From Torpedo marmorata (Eukaryota): 64,000 nt of DNA. The stretch covers positions 55,552,001 through 55,616,000 of the forward strand of contig OZ360233.1 in assembly GCA_977017645.1 (NCBI GenBank), in the 5' to 3' direction. Shown piece after piece: positions 12,183-24,608 of the stretch; the stretch's first letter is position 1, and every line of letters begins with the position of its first letter. The notes under the pieces are model-generated. The model saw only the letters and a program-made list of their open reading frames with translations, was not told the origin of the DNA and did not search any database. Made by a program: the position numbers and the translations under genes.

Positions 12183-12497
12183 TTGTAACACACAAAAGTG
12201 CTGGAGAAACTCAGCAGGTCACGCAGCATCCAGAGGAAGCAACATTTTGGGCCTTAGCCCTTTGTCAAGAAAGCAAAAAGCAGGCAGGTGCCTGAATAAA
12301 AAGGTGGGGGGTGGAAGGAATTCAGGAGAGACTTTTTCAGTACCTGTTTGCTTTCTGCTCATACCTTGATGAAGGTCTCAGGCCCAAAATTCTGGTTATA
12401 TATCTTTGCTTCCTATGGACGCTGCATGACCTGCTGAGATTATCCAGCACTTTTGTGTGTTGCACTACAGTCACAGCGTCTGCAGACTTTCCTGTTT
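12183..12497. mobile_element. Short Penelope-derived fold-back element
   Basis: Inverted arms (tgctggagaaactcagcagg / cctgctgagattatccagca); perfect 15-bp TSD AACTTCACTCTGCAT (12168-12182, 12498-12512). Confidence 0.8.
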
Positions 12498-13089
12498 AAC
12501 TTCACTCTGCATCTAACTGGAGCTATTCCTGCTCTCAGAGTGTTTGCAGGGACAGCAAGGAAGGAAATTTATTGAATGTGACCTATCTCGTATACCCCTC
12601 GGCACTATTTCGTGGGACATACCAAGTCAAAGAGTCATACAGCTTGGAAACAAGCCACTCAGCCCACTAAATCCCTGCCAACTGGTGGGCACCAATCTCC
12701 ACTGATCCCATCTTCCAGCTCTTGGCCTGCAGCCTTCAATGGCCGGGCGATCCATGCTCATCCGAAACCCCAAATACTGTCAGTGACTCTGCTTCCCACT
12801 GCTCTCTCAGGTAGTGGGTTCCAAGTCCTCTTCAGCCTCTGGCTGAACATGGTCTCCTTCCGACCCCCTCTCAATTTTTTACCCTTTTACCCTCAATCTT
12901 TGTATAAAAGGAGCTGTCCTGTACCTGACCTGGGAGGGTTTGAGGGGACAGTGCAGGGTTGTGATTTTGAACCTGACCCATTCCCTACCTGCCCTGGATG
13001 GCTGAAATGGAGGGATTTCCATTCCCAGCAGTGAAGCACACATGGGTCGCTGCAGGCCAGGCTGTTATATGGATCAGGGAACTACTCAC

Positions 13090-13144
13090 CATGGCTCCTT
13101 CCTGGCACACAGCTTCAGAATCCCATATTTTGACCTGGCCAGGC
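13090..13144 (-). CDS. Candidate upstream exon of the repeat-protein gene (..PGQVKIWDSEAVCQEGAM), or a 5'UTR exon ending in ATG
   Basis: attctttcAG acceptor; gccATG|GTgagt strong donor in phase 0, compatible with exon 7238. Confidence 0.55.
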
Positions 13145-13215
13145 CTGAAAGAATATTGGAATATGAGAAATAATTAGACTGGGAACAGGTAAAGACACAG
13201 CGATAACTTTGAACT

Positions 13216-13765
13216 TGTGGTGGGGAACAAGTTTGAAGGGTTCAAAGAGTGACAACCCCAGACACGTGGTAGTATTAAACAGTGAACTTTATTTACAATG
13301 GAGAACAAATATGCAACAGGAGCCACACACTCTCATGTGAACTGATTTTGCTATCATGCAAGTTACCTTAACTACAACTACAGAGGGTTAAAACAAATAA
13401 TACCTGCCACCCCTCCCCTGAGAAGCAGGCACAGCACTCAACTTAAAGAAACTATTTACAAGTTAGATCAGACTTTGGTTCCCTTTGAGGTGCATGTGAA
13501 AGAGAGCCCCTCCCCATCTACACACCTCACAATTAGTTCTCCAGCACTGTTCACGATCCCCAGTCTGGGTTGTTACCTCAGCAACCCTCCATGTTATACC
13601 CATTCTGTAAACAAAGAGAGGAGCTTGCTGTTCGAAACGATTCCAAGCTAATGTATTTCCATTGCATTTATCTCTGTATTCCACCAGTAATCTATTTATC
13701 TTCTGTTCTGGTTCGGAGTGACAGAACACACCCTCCAAAGATCCCCTCTGACCATAGTCTTCACA
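13216..13765 (-). mobile_element. Possible old solo LTR
   Basis: TGTGG...TCACA ends and minus-strand AATAAA near 13280; flanks gaact/taaat match only 3/5. Confidence 0.3.
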
Positions 13766-14409
13766 TAAATCCGTAAATACTGGAAATACTCAGCAGGGCA
13801 GGCAGCAACGTCGAAAGAGAAACCGAGTTTCAAGATCAAAGATCTAAAATGATATCTCTCCACAGATACTGTCTGACCTTCTAGTTTTTTTCCAACATTT
13901 TCTGTTTTACTTTAGATTTCCAACATCTGGCAGTTTTTTTTGTTGATTGCTATTGATCAAAGTTCTCATCGTTGTCTTTGAATCCTTCCGTTTGTCCCTC
14001 TTGTTCTGTCTTTGAATTCTCTTCTACCTTTAGGTACAAGATATTTGAAAGAAAGATGCACTATCCAACCCATGAATTAGGTGTTGAAACTTCAATAGGA
14101 ATAAGAGTTCTTGAAGAAAAGTATTGCCAATGTTCTGATCAATATTTGTCCATTAATCACTACCACTAAACAAATTATGCAGTCACTTTCCATGTTACAA
14201 TGCTGGGACATTAGCTGAATTAACCGCTAGGGTGGCACGTTAACGTAACGGTTAGTGCAACAGTATTACAGAGCCAGCGATCTGGGTTCAAAACCGGCCC
14301 TGTCTGTAAGGAGTTTGTGCATTCTCCCCGTGTCTGTGTGGGTTTCCTTCCACCCTCGAAAGACCCACGGGGTTTGTGGGTTCATTGGTGTATTTGGGTG
14401 GCACGGGCT

Positions 14410-14970
14410 CATGTTCCATAGTCAAGAAAGCCCAGCAGCATCTTTACTTCCTGCGAAGGCTGAGGAAAGCTCATCTCCCACCCCCTATCCTTACTACATT
14501 CTACAGGGGATGTATTGAGAGTATTCTGAGCAATTGCATCACCGCTTGGTTTGGTTACTGTACCACCTCGGACCGAAAGACCCTGCAGAGGATAGTGAGG
14601 TCAGCGGAGAAAATTATTGGAGTCTCTCTCCCCACCATGACGGACAACTACAACACACGATGCATGAGGAAGGCAAAAACATTGTGAAGGACTTCTCACA
14701 CCCCTTTGGTAAACTGTTTTCCCTTTTGCCATCTGGAAGGAGGTACCGAAGCACTCGGGCTCATACGTCCAGACTGTGCAACAGTTTTTTCCCCCAAGCC
14801 ATCAGGCTCCTCAATTCCTAGATATATATGTGTATTAGCATGTTATAGTTTTTCTATTGTATTATGATATTTATGTACATCTGCCCATGGTCCTGGAGAA
14901 ATGCTATCTTGTCTTACTGTGTATATGGTAATGAACGACAAATAAAGGTGACTTGACTTGACTTGACTTG
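14410..14970 (+). mobile_element. Rex1/Babar 3' fragment inserted in a SINE
   Basis: KKAQQHLYFLRRL..FYRGCIESILS, SFFPQAIRLLN; (ACTTG)n tail. Confidence 0.85.
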
Positions 14971-16574
14971 ATGTGCTGTGGGTCTAAATTTAAATTTTAA
15001 AAAGTCATATTTTCTGTGGAGGTTGTTTGGCCCATCGAGTCAATGCCAGCTCTGAGAGTAATCCTGTCAATACAATTCCCCCATCAGTTCCCACACCCCC
15101 CATCTCATTCTCTCACACATGCTCATTAATAATGCTTGATTCTCCCACCACACGCCTACAGCAGAGGTATTTTACAGCAGCCAATTCACCCACCAACCTG
15201 AACACCTTTGGGATGTGGGAGCTCCCCTGGGGGAACACACACAGTCACAGGAAGAACGTGCAAATTGCAAACAGGTAGGGCCTTAAGTCAGGATCGAACC
15301 AGGGTCACTGTTGCTGTGAGGTATCACCACCTTGTAATGTTTCCTACATTACAATAATAATGTTCAAAAGGTGCCTCAGGAGTGAGCAGTTCTTTCTAAT
15401 AATAAATTGTTATTGAAATTTTCTGTTATTCTCAAAAATATTTGCTTAAAAGAACATCAGGTGTAGCCTGAACAACTCTTTTGAGTTTGGAGATGATCAT
15501 AAGCAATCCCACGTCTCAAATCCCTCAAATCCACTTTACCATCAAGCTCCCCTACCTTCCGATCTCTGTTGTGCCCGCAATGCAATTGATAATAACCTTC
15601 AATGTGCTCAGTTTCTGAGCATCAACAAATCTCTGACAGACAGTTCCAAGGGCTTACAATTCCCTGCCTGAAGATCTCCTCGTCTCAGTCCTAATTGACT
15701 TATCCCGAACCTTTATCCCATGGTTTGACACCATCCGGCTGAAGGGACAGCCTCTTTTAACCTGACAAGTCCTGTCAGAATCCTGCATATCTCAATGAGA
15801 CAGTCTTTTAAACTTCAGTAGACATAGGACCAGTTTGAGGGACAATCCCTGCGTCCCATTGATCAGTGAATCCACCTTGCCTTAACATCAAAGCATAACC
15901 TGCACTCCAAATGTCGTTCCTACGAAGACCAGTGCAATCTATTCAAGGCTCCCTTACCTTTGTACACAAGCTCTCTCGTAATAAAGAACAACATGACTTT
16001 TAGAAAAGTGATGTAAAATATCATCACGCAGCAATTACTCATTGGTAATCTACAGGGGATCGGTTTGTTGTCCGTCAGGACCATATAGCTCTGAATCTCA
16101 TTACGGCCTCGATCCAGACATACAGGAGAGAAGTGATGTCAATGACATGGAGACACACAGGAGCTGCAGACGCTGGAATCTGAAGCTCAACGCAACCTGC
16201 TGGAGGAACTCAGCAGGTCGAGCAGCATCAGTGTGAGAGAAATGAATGGTTGACATTTCGAGCCAAAACCCCTCATCAAGACTGGGGATGTAGAGAAGAG
16301 AAGCCAGTGTAAAGAAGACTGGGTGGGAGGGGTGAGGGGCTCATGTGGGATTGGTGAACCAACGAGAGGTTCTCCTGCCTCTCCCTGACAATGACCTGTT
16401 TTGACATCAAGGCAACATTTCACTAAATGTGACACAAAAGTACCCTGGGAAAGCTGATGTCATTGGGAGTCAAAGGGTTACCAGTCCAATTGTTGGAGTC
16501 ATACCTTCCACAGAGGAAGGGTGGGTGTGGCTGCTGGAAGTCAGCATAGGAGGCTGAGGGTTGACCACATAAAG

Positions 16575-17005
16575 CAGGGGTGGCCAATCATTTTTGGTTG
16601 TGGGCCACATACAGAAAAATATAAGGAGTCACAGGCCGAACAATATTAAGCCCAGCAGTTTTCAACCAGTTACACTGCAAGAAAAACGGTGTTTTTAGAC
16701 CAGAAAACCCCTGTGCCATTGAAAATTCATTTTCTATCAAAATAACTATACGGCACTACTGAACAGTTTAACTGTTCACATTACAGTAGTTTATTGATAT
16801 GCTCTGCTGCTCGTAAATTTAATTTAAATGAATACAATAAAACTCTTAAGTTGTTGTTCAAAATGACAGCGGCATCTAGTGTTGAAACTAAGAAGTGCAA
16901 TGTACACATAGTGCAATTTATTGTGAGAGACTATGTTCCAACGGGCCACTTAAACATGGGTAATGGGCCACAGTTGGCCCGTGGGCCGCAGTTTGGCCAC
17001 CCCTG
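16575..17005. mobile_element. Non-autonomous hAT DNA transposon inside a CR1
   Basis: 13-bp perfect TIR CAGGGGTGGCCAA / TTGGCCACCCCTG; GGGCCAC/GGGCCGC subterminal motifs; TSD decayed. Confidence 0.82.
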
Positions 17006-19606
17006 GTGTAGAGGTTTCTCAAATCATGAGGGGCATAGATTGGGTGGTTGGTCACACATCATTTCCCAGTGTAGGAGAGGGAATAGATTTCAGGCGAGAA
17101 GGGAAAGGTTTAAAGAGGGCCTGAGGGGTACCATTATCACACAGGGCAGTGGTCATATGGACCAAGCTGCCAGAGGAAGTGGAAGAGATGAGCACAAATG
17201 CAATGTTGGGCAGGTACATGGCCAGGGAAGGTATACAGGAATGTGGGCCAGATGCAGGCAAACGGGACCAGCTCAGGTAGTGAACGTGGTCAGCATGGAT
17301 GCATTGGGCCGAAGGACCTGTAAACCTCTATGATGTTATTAGGGTAGCATGGTTAGCATTAGTGGTTCATGCAATGCTATTACAGCACCAGCAACCTGGG
17401 TTCGAATCCGGCACTATCTGTCAGGAGTTTGTACGTTCTCTCCGTGTCCATGTTCCATTGAGGTACATGGTTCATGGGTTAATTGATCACATGGGTGCAT
17501 TTGGGCGGTGCTGGCTCATGGGCCAGAAGGGCCTGTTACCGTGTTGGGCCCCCCTGAAATGGGATGCAGCAGCATGTCTCCACCTGTGGTCAGTGGTCTG
17601 GTATGCGGGCCTTTTTTTTGCCTTTTTGGAGGTAAATCAATACTGCCCCCCTTTATTATTCTTAATCCAAAAGTTATAAGTACTACATTAGTCTACAATT
17701 CAGGCTATTCACACAAAATATAAGTTCCAAATTGAAACATAATTATCTCCATCGATACTGTCAAAACCTTTGGGGGCCAACAGTTCTGGTGCATGGGCCT
17801 TGAGAATGCTTTCCCACCATTTGGGTGGCTTCCTCTATGCCTGTGGTTCTAAACCTTTATGTCATCCACAGATGATCTTAAATACTCCTTTACTTCCTGT
17901 GGACCACCCCAATCCTAGACTCCAGAATGTAGAGCATGGGAGATGCTTGAAGAAGTCATGGTGTACACTTTCCCAAACTGGCTTTCTTAAACTGTTCAAC
18001 TTGGGTCATCCACCTGACTTGATGACTATGGACCTTTCCTTTCCCCAGGTGTTCTGGCTGTGGGATTGACTGGGACCATCCAGTCCAATATTGCAGCATG
18101 GACATTGCCAAGGCAGCACATTCCAGACTCCCGAAGTCATGGAGAACACTGTCTCACGGGTAGCCTGACCCAAGACAACAAAAGCATTATTACATTACAA
18201 CACAAAGCAACACGGTGGTCAGGCACAAAATACCCATCACACAGGATGCTCTGCATTGATGGGATATTGGATTAAACACGCATTATTCCCTTGGATTCGA
18301 AGAAGGGGCACTACGCGAATGTCTGTAAGTCCCAACCGCCCGCTAGACCCAGCAGCGCCGCGTGCGAGCAGAGGGCGCCGCCATCTTGGATGACGTCATC
18401 TTCCCAACCCAGCACCACAACGTGCGAACCATGGGGGCTGCCATCTTGGACGATGCCATCTTCCCGACCCGGCAGCGCCGCATGCAAACCATGGAGGCTG
18501 CCATGTTGGGACTGAACACCCGAGCATCGCATCACACCTACAGAATCCGACAGCGACTCTGTACTGGCCTCCATCACTCTCGATCAAGGGAGCCCCAATC
18601 AACTGGCCAGATCGATGATGGACATTGAGGTGGATGGCCACAGGACGAACTGCCTTTTCGACAGTGGGAGCACGGAGAGCTTTATACACCCCAACACGGT
18701 ACAGCGTTACCGACTCGCGGCAATGCCGGGAAGCCACAAAGTCTCCATGGCAAGTCCCACACAGCAGAGATCCGCGGGTACTGTGTAGTGACCCTGACTG
18801 TACTGGGCACAGAATATAAAAACTTTAAATTACTAGTCATGACACAGTTCTGCGCGGACGTGCTACTGGGGCTAGACTTCCAATGTCACCTTAAAAGCGT
18901 GACGTTGGAGTATGATGGGCCCCATCCCCCTCTTACCATCTGCAATCCGCAGTTTGTGAACCGCCCATCGCAAGTCACCCACAGAAGCTCCCCAGGTCCC
19001 ACTCCCATCGCGTCCAGCCAGCGACCCACCGACCGCCCACCGCGCGCGACCTGCGGCCTTTCTACCCTCCGGATCACCCCCCCACCGTTGTTCACTAATC
19101 GAACCCCCGACTGAAAACCCGTGGCCACCAAAAGTAGGCGATACAGTGCCGGGGACAGGGCCTTTATCAGGTTGGAAGTGCAACGGCTGTTGAAGGAGGG
19201 GATCATCGAAGCCAGCACCAGCTCCTAGAGAGCCCAAGTGGTAGTGGAAAGAAATGGGGAAAAGAACAGGATGGTCATCAATTATAGTCAGACCATCAAC
19301 AGATAAACGCAGCTGGATGCGTACCCCCTCCCCCGCATAGCCGACATGGTGAATCAGATCGCCCAGTACCGGGTATTCTCCACCATTGACTTAAAGTCAG
19401 CATACCACCAACTCCCCATCCGACCGGAGGACAGCCAATACACTGCCTTCGAGGCAGCTGGCCGCCTCTATCATTTCCTGAGGGTCCCCTTTGGTGTCAC
19501 CAACGGGGTCTCGGTCTTCCAGCGGGTGATGGTCAACCAGTACGGGCTGCAGGCCACATTCCCGTATCTGGATAATATCACCATTTGCGGCCATGACCTA
19601 CAGGAT

Positions 19607-20843
19607 TTGTGATGAAATGCTTTGAGAGGCTGGTCATGGCCAGAATTAACACATACCTAAGCAAAGATCTGGACCCACTGCAATTCGCCTATCGCCACAA
19701 TCGCTCCACAGCAGATGCAATATCGCTGGCTCTCCACTCAGCTCTGGACCACCTCGAAAACAGCAATTCATACATACGGTTGCTCTTCATCGACTACAGC
19801 TCGGCCTTCAACACCATTATTCCCTCAGTGCTGGTCAAGAAGCTACAAACTCTAGGCCTCTGTACCCTCCTCTGCAACTGGATCCTTGACTTTCTCATCG
19901 GAAGACCACAGTCAGTACGAATTGGAAACAACGTCTCCTCCTCACTGATTATCAACACAGGTGCACCCCAAGGATCCGTGCTTAGTCCACTGCTCTACTC
20001 GTTATACACTCATGACTGTGTGGCCAGGCACAATTCCAATGCCATATACAAGTTTGCCGATGACACCACAGTTGTTGGCAGAATCACAAACGGCAATGAG
20101 GAAGCATACAGGAGGGAGAAGGATCAGCTCGTTGAATGGTGTAATGGCAACAACCTTGAGCTCAACGTCAGCAAAACCAAGGAGATGATTGTGGACTTCA
20201 GGAGGAAGTCAGGGGAACATGACCCAGTCCTCATCGACGGCTCAGTCGTGGAGAGGGTCAATAACTTCAAATTCCTGGGTGTCAACATCTCCGAGGATCT
20301 GTCCTGGAGCATCCACGTGGATGCAATCACAAAGAAGGCTCGTCAGCGGCTATACTTTGTCAGGTGTTTACGGAGATTCGGTATGTCACCAAAGACTCTC
20401 GTAAACTTCTACAGGTGTACCATGGAGAGCATTCTGGCTGGTTGCATCACTGCCTGGTATGGAGGTGCCAACTCCCAGGACAAGAGTAAACTCCAGAAGG
20501 TTGTTACTCGGCCTGTGACATCACAGGCACCAAACTTCACTCCATCGAGGACATCTATATGAGTCCGTGTCCTTAAAAAGCAGCCTCTATCCTCAAGGAC
20601 CCCCACCACCCAGGCCATGCCCTCTTCACTCTGCTTCCATCGGGAAAAAGGTACAGGAGCCTAAAGACGAGCACTCAACGTCCCAAGGACAGCTTGTTCC
20701 CCGCTGCCATCAGATAATAATGTCGTTAGATGGTTAATATGAATGTTAATTGCACTATGATGCTGCCGCAAAACACCGAATTTCATGACTTGTTCATGAC
20801 AATAAATTCTGATTCTGATTCTGATTCTGATTCTGATTCTGAT
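19607..20843 (+). mobile_element. Rex1/Babar-type LINE (5'-truncated) inserted in the Gypsy RT
   Basis: ORF 19609-20562 with [26 protein letters not shown]; (ATTCTG)n tail; the host Gypsy frame resumes GHDLQD|HEANLQKFL. Confidence 0.92.
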
Positions 20844-21826
20844 CATGAAGCCAACCTCCAAAAATTCCTTCAGACCGCCAAGCTCCTTAACCTTACTTAT
20901 AATAAGGATAAATGCATCTTTGGCACAACACGCCTGCCCATCCTTGGCTGCGTCATACAGGATGGAGTGATTGGCCCAGACCCAGACCGCATGCGCCCCC
21001 TGTTGGAACTCCCACTTCCCCACAGCCTCAAAGCCCTGAAAAGGTGCCTGGGCTTCTTTTCCTATTATGTCCAGTGGGTCCCCAATTATGCGGACAAGGC
21101 CCGCCCCTCGTCAAATCCACCTCTTTTCCCCTGACGTCAGAGGCCCGTGCGGCCTTCAGCCGCATCAAAGCGGACATCGCCAAGGCCGCGATGGACGCTG
21201 TGGACGAATCCACCCCGTTCCAGGTGGAGAGCGATGCATCCGATTTCGCCCTGGCCGCCACCCTCAACCAAGTGGGCAGTCCCGTAGCTTTCTTTTCTCG
21301 CACCCTCCAGGACCCAGAAATCCGACAATCGTCTGTCGAGAAAGAGGCCCAAGCCATTGTTGAGGTGGTGCGCCACTGGAGGCACTACCTCGCCAGAAAA
21401 CGATTCACCTTGCTAACTGACCAACGTTCAGTTGCGTTTATGTTCAATAACCAACAGTGAGGTAAAATTAAGAATGACAAGATTCTGAGGTGGAGAATTG
21501 AACTTTCCACCTACAATTACGATATCTTGTACTGGCCCGGTAAATTCAATGAGCCCCCAGATGCCCTTTCCCACGGAACATGTGCCAGCGCACAAATAGA
21601 CCGACTACAAGCCCTCAACAACGACCTCTGCCACCCTGGGTTCACCAGATTCTTCCATTTTATAAAAGCCCGCAACCTACCTTATTCCATCGAGGAAGTC
21701 AGGACCATGACCAGGAACTGTCAGATCTGTGCAGAGTGCAAACCGCACTTCTACCGACCAGACAGAGCGCACCTGATAAAAGCCATCCGCCCCTTTGAAC
21801 GCCTGAGCATTGACTTCAAGGGACCC

Positions 21827-22485
21827 TGTAAGAGCCGGAGGCTCATTAACTTACCTTTGCTGCAGCGCTCCGATGCCTCGTTGGGTTGTGGAGCGCTCGC
21901 GCTGTCTGTAGGCCGTCCTCGGCCTGTTCTGTGCTCTGCGCATGCGCTGGAGTGCCGACGGGTGCATGCGCAGTATGGAGTGACGTCATTGTGCGCGGTG
22001 TATAGTGGGAGATGTAGTGTGCGCGGTGAAGGGTGCGCAGTGATATAGGAGCGACGGAGCATGCGCGAATCGAGGAGAGAATAGGAAAAAGATGGAGATG
22101 TAGGAGGGTGAGTGAGATCTCCATATCTTTATTGACCGTTTTATAACGTTTTACAACATTTTTGTATCGTTTCATCGAGTGTTTCAGACATCGTTTAATA
22201 CAGCGTTTCACAGATAATTTATAAACGTCTTATACATCGTTTCAGAACATTGAACTGGTTACTTTGTGGTTTGGAATTGTTTAAAGGAATCATTTAAAGA
22301 AACTCATCATACATCGTTTTCAAGAACTGTTTATATTAAAGTCATTGAAGATTACTGCAAGTCACGTGTGTAAATAAAGTTTTTGAACATATTGGACTTT
22401 GTTGGTAAATTAATTAAAACGCGTCAAAGACAAGTATCTCACTTAGCCTCCAGGTGACTAATGTTGGATCGAAGTCACCATAATA
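21827..22485 (+). mobile_element. Solo-LTR-like insertion in the Gypsy integrase
   Basis: 5-bp TSD GACCC (21822-21826, 22486-22490); TG...TA ends; AATAAA near 22373; integrase resumes DFKGP|LPSSDRN. Confidence 0.85.
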
Positions 22486-23653
22486 GACCCCTCCCCTCCT
22501 CTGACCGCAACGTGTACTTCCTCAACATTATTGATGAGTACTCACGTTTCCCGTTCGCCATCCCCTGCCCGGACATGACCACAGCCACAGTCATCAAGGT
22601 CCTATGCAACCTTTTCACCCTCTTCAGGTACCCCTGCTATATCCATAGCGACCGGTGGTCCTCTTTTAAGAGTGAGGAGCTGCATCAGTACCTGCTGGCC
22701 AGAGGCATCACCACGAGTAGGACCACCAGTTATAATCCCCGAGGGAACGGGCAGGTGGAGAGGGCGAACGCTACCGTTTGGAAGGCCACCCTCCTAGCCC
22801 TAAGGTCAAGAGGTCTTCCAGTCTCCCGCTGGCAAGAGGTACTCCCTGAGGCACTCCATTCAATCAGATCACTCTTGTGCACAGCCACCAATGCCACTCC
22901 ACATGAGAGAATGTTTTCCTTTCTTAGGAAGTCCGCTTCAGGGACCATGCTGCCGTCCTGGCTGACGTCCCCAGGGCAGGTCCTACTCCGGAGGCACGCG
23001 AGGAGCCATAAGCATGACCCACTGGTCGAAAGGGTCCATCTCCTCCACGCCAACCCCCAATACGCCTACGTGATGTATCCTGATGGGCGGGACGACACGG
23101 TCTCCGTTCGGGACCTGGCACCCTCAGGAGTCCCTGACACCACTGACGACCATCCTGCCCCCTCCCCACCCATCGCCACCCACGATGCACCCTTACCATG
23201 GCAAGTGACCCCAGCTCCGGGGGATGGCTTGCCAGATACTTCGCCGCCACGCATCTATCAACACAGAGCCAACAACAACACACAGGTGGTCCACTCAGGA
23301 CTGGATGCAACAGCTGTGCCGCAGCCGGTACTACGACGGTCGCAGCGGCAGACCAGACCACCTGAAAGACTGAACCTGTGAGAACTTTAATTCACTTCAC
23401 CCCGCAGGACTCTTTTAAAAAGGAGGGGTGAATGTGGTAAACCACTGTAAATACATGTATATATGTTTATGGTCGTCTGGACACGCCCCTTACTGGCTGT
23501 ACCTGTGGCTCCTCCCACAGACCCTTGAATAAAGGCTATTGTGCCACAGCTCCCTCCCCAGTCCAGCACAGACAACCACCAGGAGTGAACATCCATTCCA
23601 ATGTGAATAAAATCCTATCAGTTCCTGTCTAACTTCTAGTCTTTGGAGTTATT

Positions 23654-24580
23654 TTATTTTTTCAAATATTTTATTTAAAATTTTTAAATCACAGAATACA
23701 TAATATAAAATGCAAAATTATCAAAATACATGTGATACATTTTCAACCCCCCTCCCTCCCTCCCCTCCCTAACCCTCCCACCCCTACTAATCTACTAAAA
23801 TAGAAAAGAAAGAAAGAAAAAAAGAAAAAGATAATGTCAATCTAAAAAAGGACAACTATAAGCTTATTTTATTGTGGAAGATAGGTTCGCCAGTCAGATC
23901 TGATATCCAGAGATCTTTAAATCCTTAAACTAACAGTTTTTATATATGGGCTCCATATTTTCAAAAAGAAATGATATTTATTACGTAAATTATAAGTAAT
24001 TTTTTCAAGTGGTATAGCTAAACGAAGTTCTGCATGCCATCTTTCTAACCCTAAATCTACATCAGATTTCCAAGTAATAGCAATGCATTTCTTAGAAACA
24101 GCTGAAGCAATTCGCAAAAATTCTATTTGATACATATTTAATTTCATCTTAATACTAATTCTTTTAATATCTCCAAACTAAAATATCATAGGGTCCATTG
24201 GAAGTGTAATATTTAATACCTTGTCTAAAAAATTTTTAACTTTCAACCAAAAATCATATATCTTTGGACAGTACCATGTAGAATGTAAAAAAGAACCTTC
24301 CTCTCTATTACATCTGAAACATAAACCTGATAATGTCGGATTAAATTTCTTTAATTTCTTAGGTGTTAGATATAATTGATGAAAAAAATTATATTGCACT
24401 AACCTATATCTAACGTTAATAATCTTCATCATACTTTGTTTAGATAGTTCTTTCCAATGTTCTTCACCTATTGTTACATTAAGATCTGATTCCCATTTTA
24501 ATCTTGATTTATGAACTCCTAATTTAGGCATTTTTCTCTGTAACAATATACATTTGAGAAATAAATTTATTTACACCTCC
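23654..24580 (-). mobile_element. L1-clade LINE 3' fragment inserted in the Gypsy 3' LTR
   Basis: ORF2 C-terminal CFRC...H...C zinc motif; A-rich tail; 16-bp TSD AGTCTTTGGAGTTATT (23638-23653, 24581-24596). Confidence 0.9.
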
Positions 24581-24608
24581 AGTCTTTGGAGTTATTGATG
24601 GTGAATCA

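Larger units (their letters stand above)
18290..24608 (+). mobile_element. 5'-truncated Gypsy element of the same lineage, with three nested insertions
   Basis: KKGHYANVC knuckle, degenerate PR/RT (YLDN), RH and IN ending RRSQRQTRPPERLNL; PPT AGGAGGGGTGAA; 3' LTR from 23433 (TGTGGTAAACCAC) to 24608. Confidence 0.92.
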
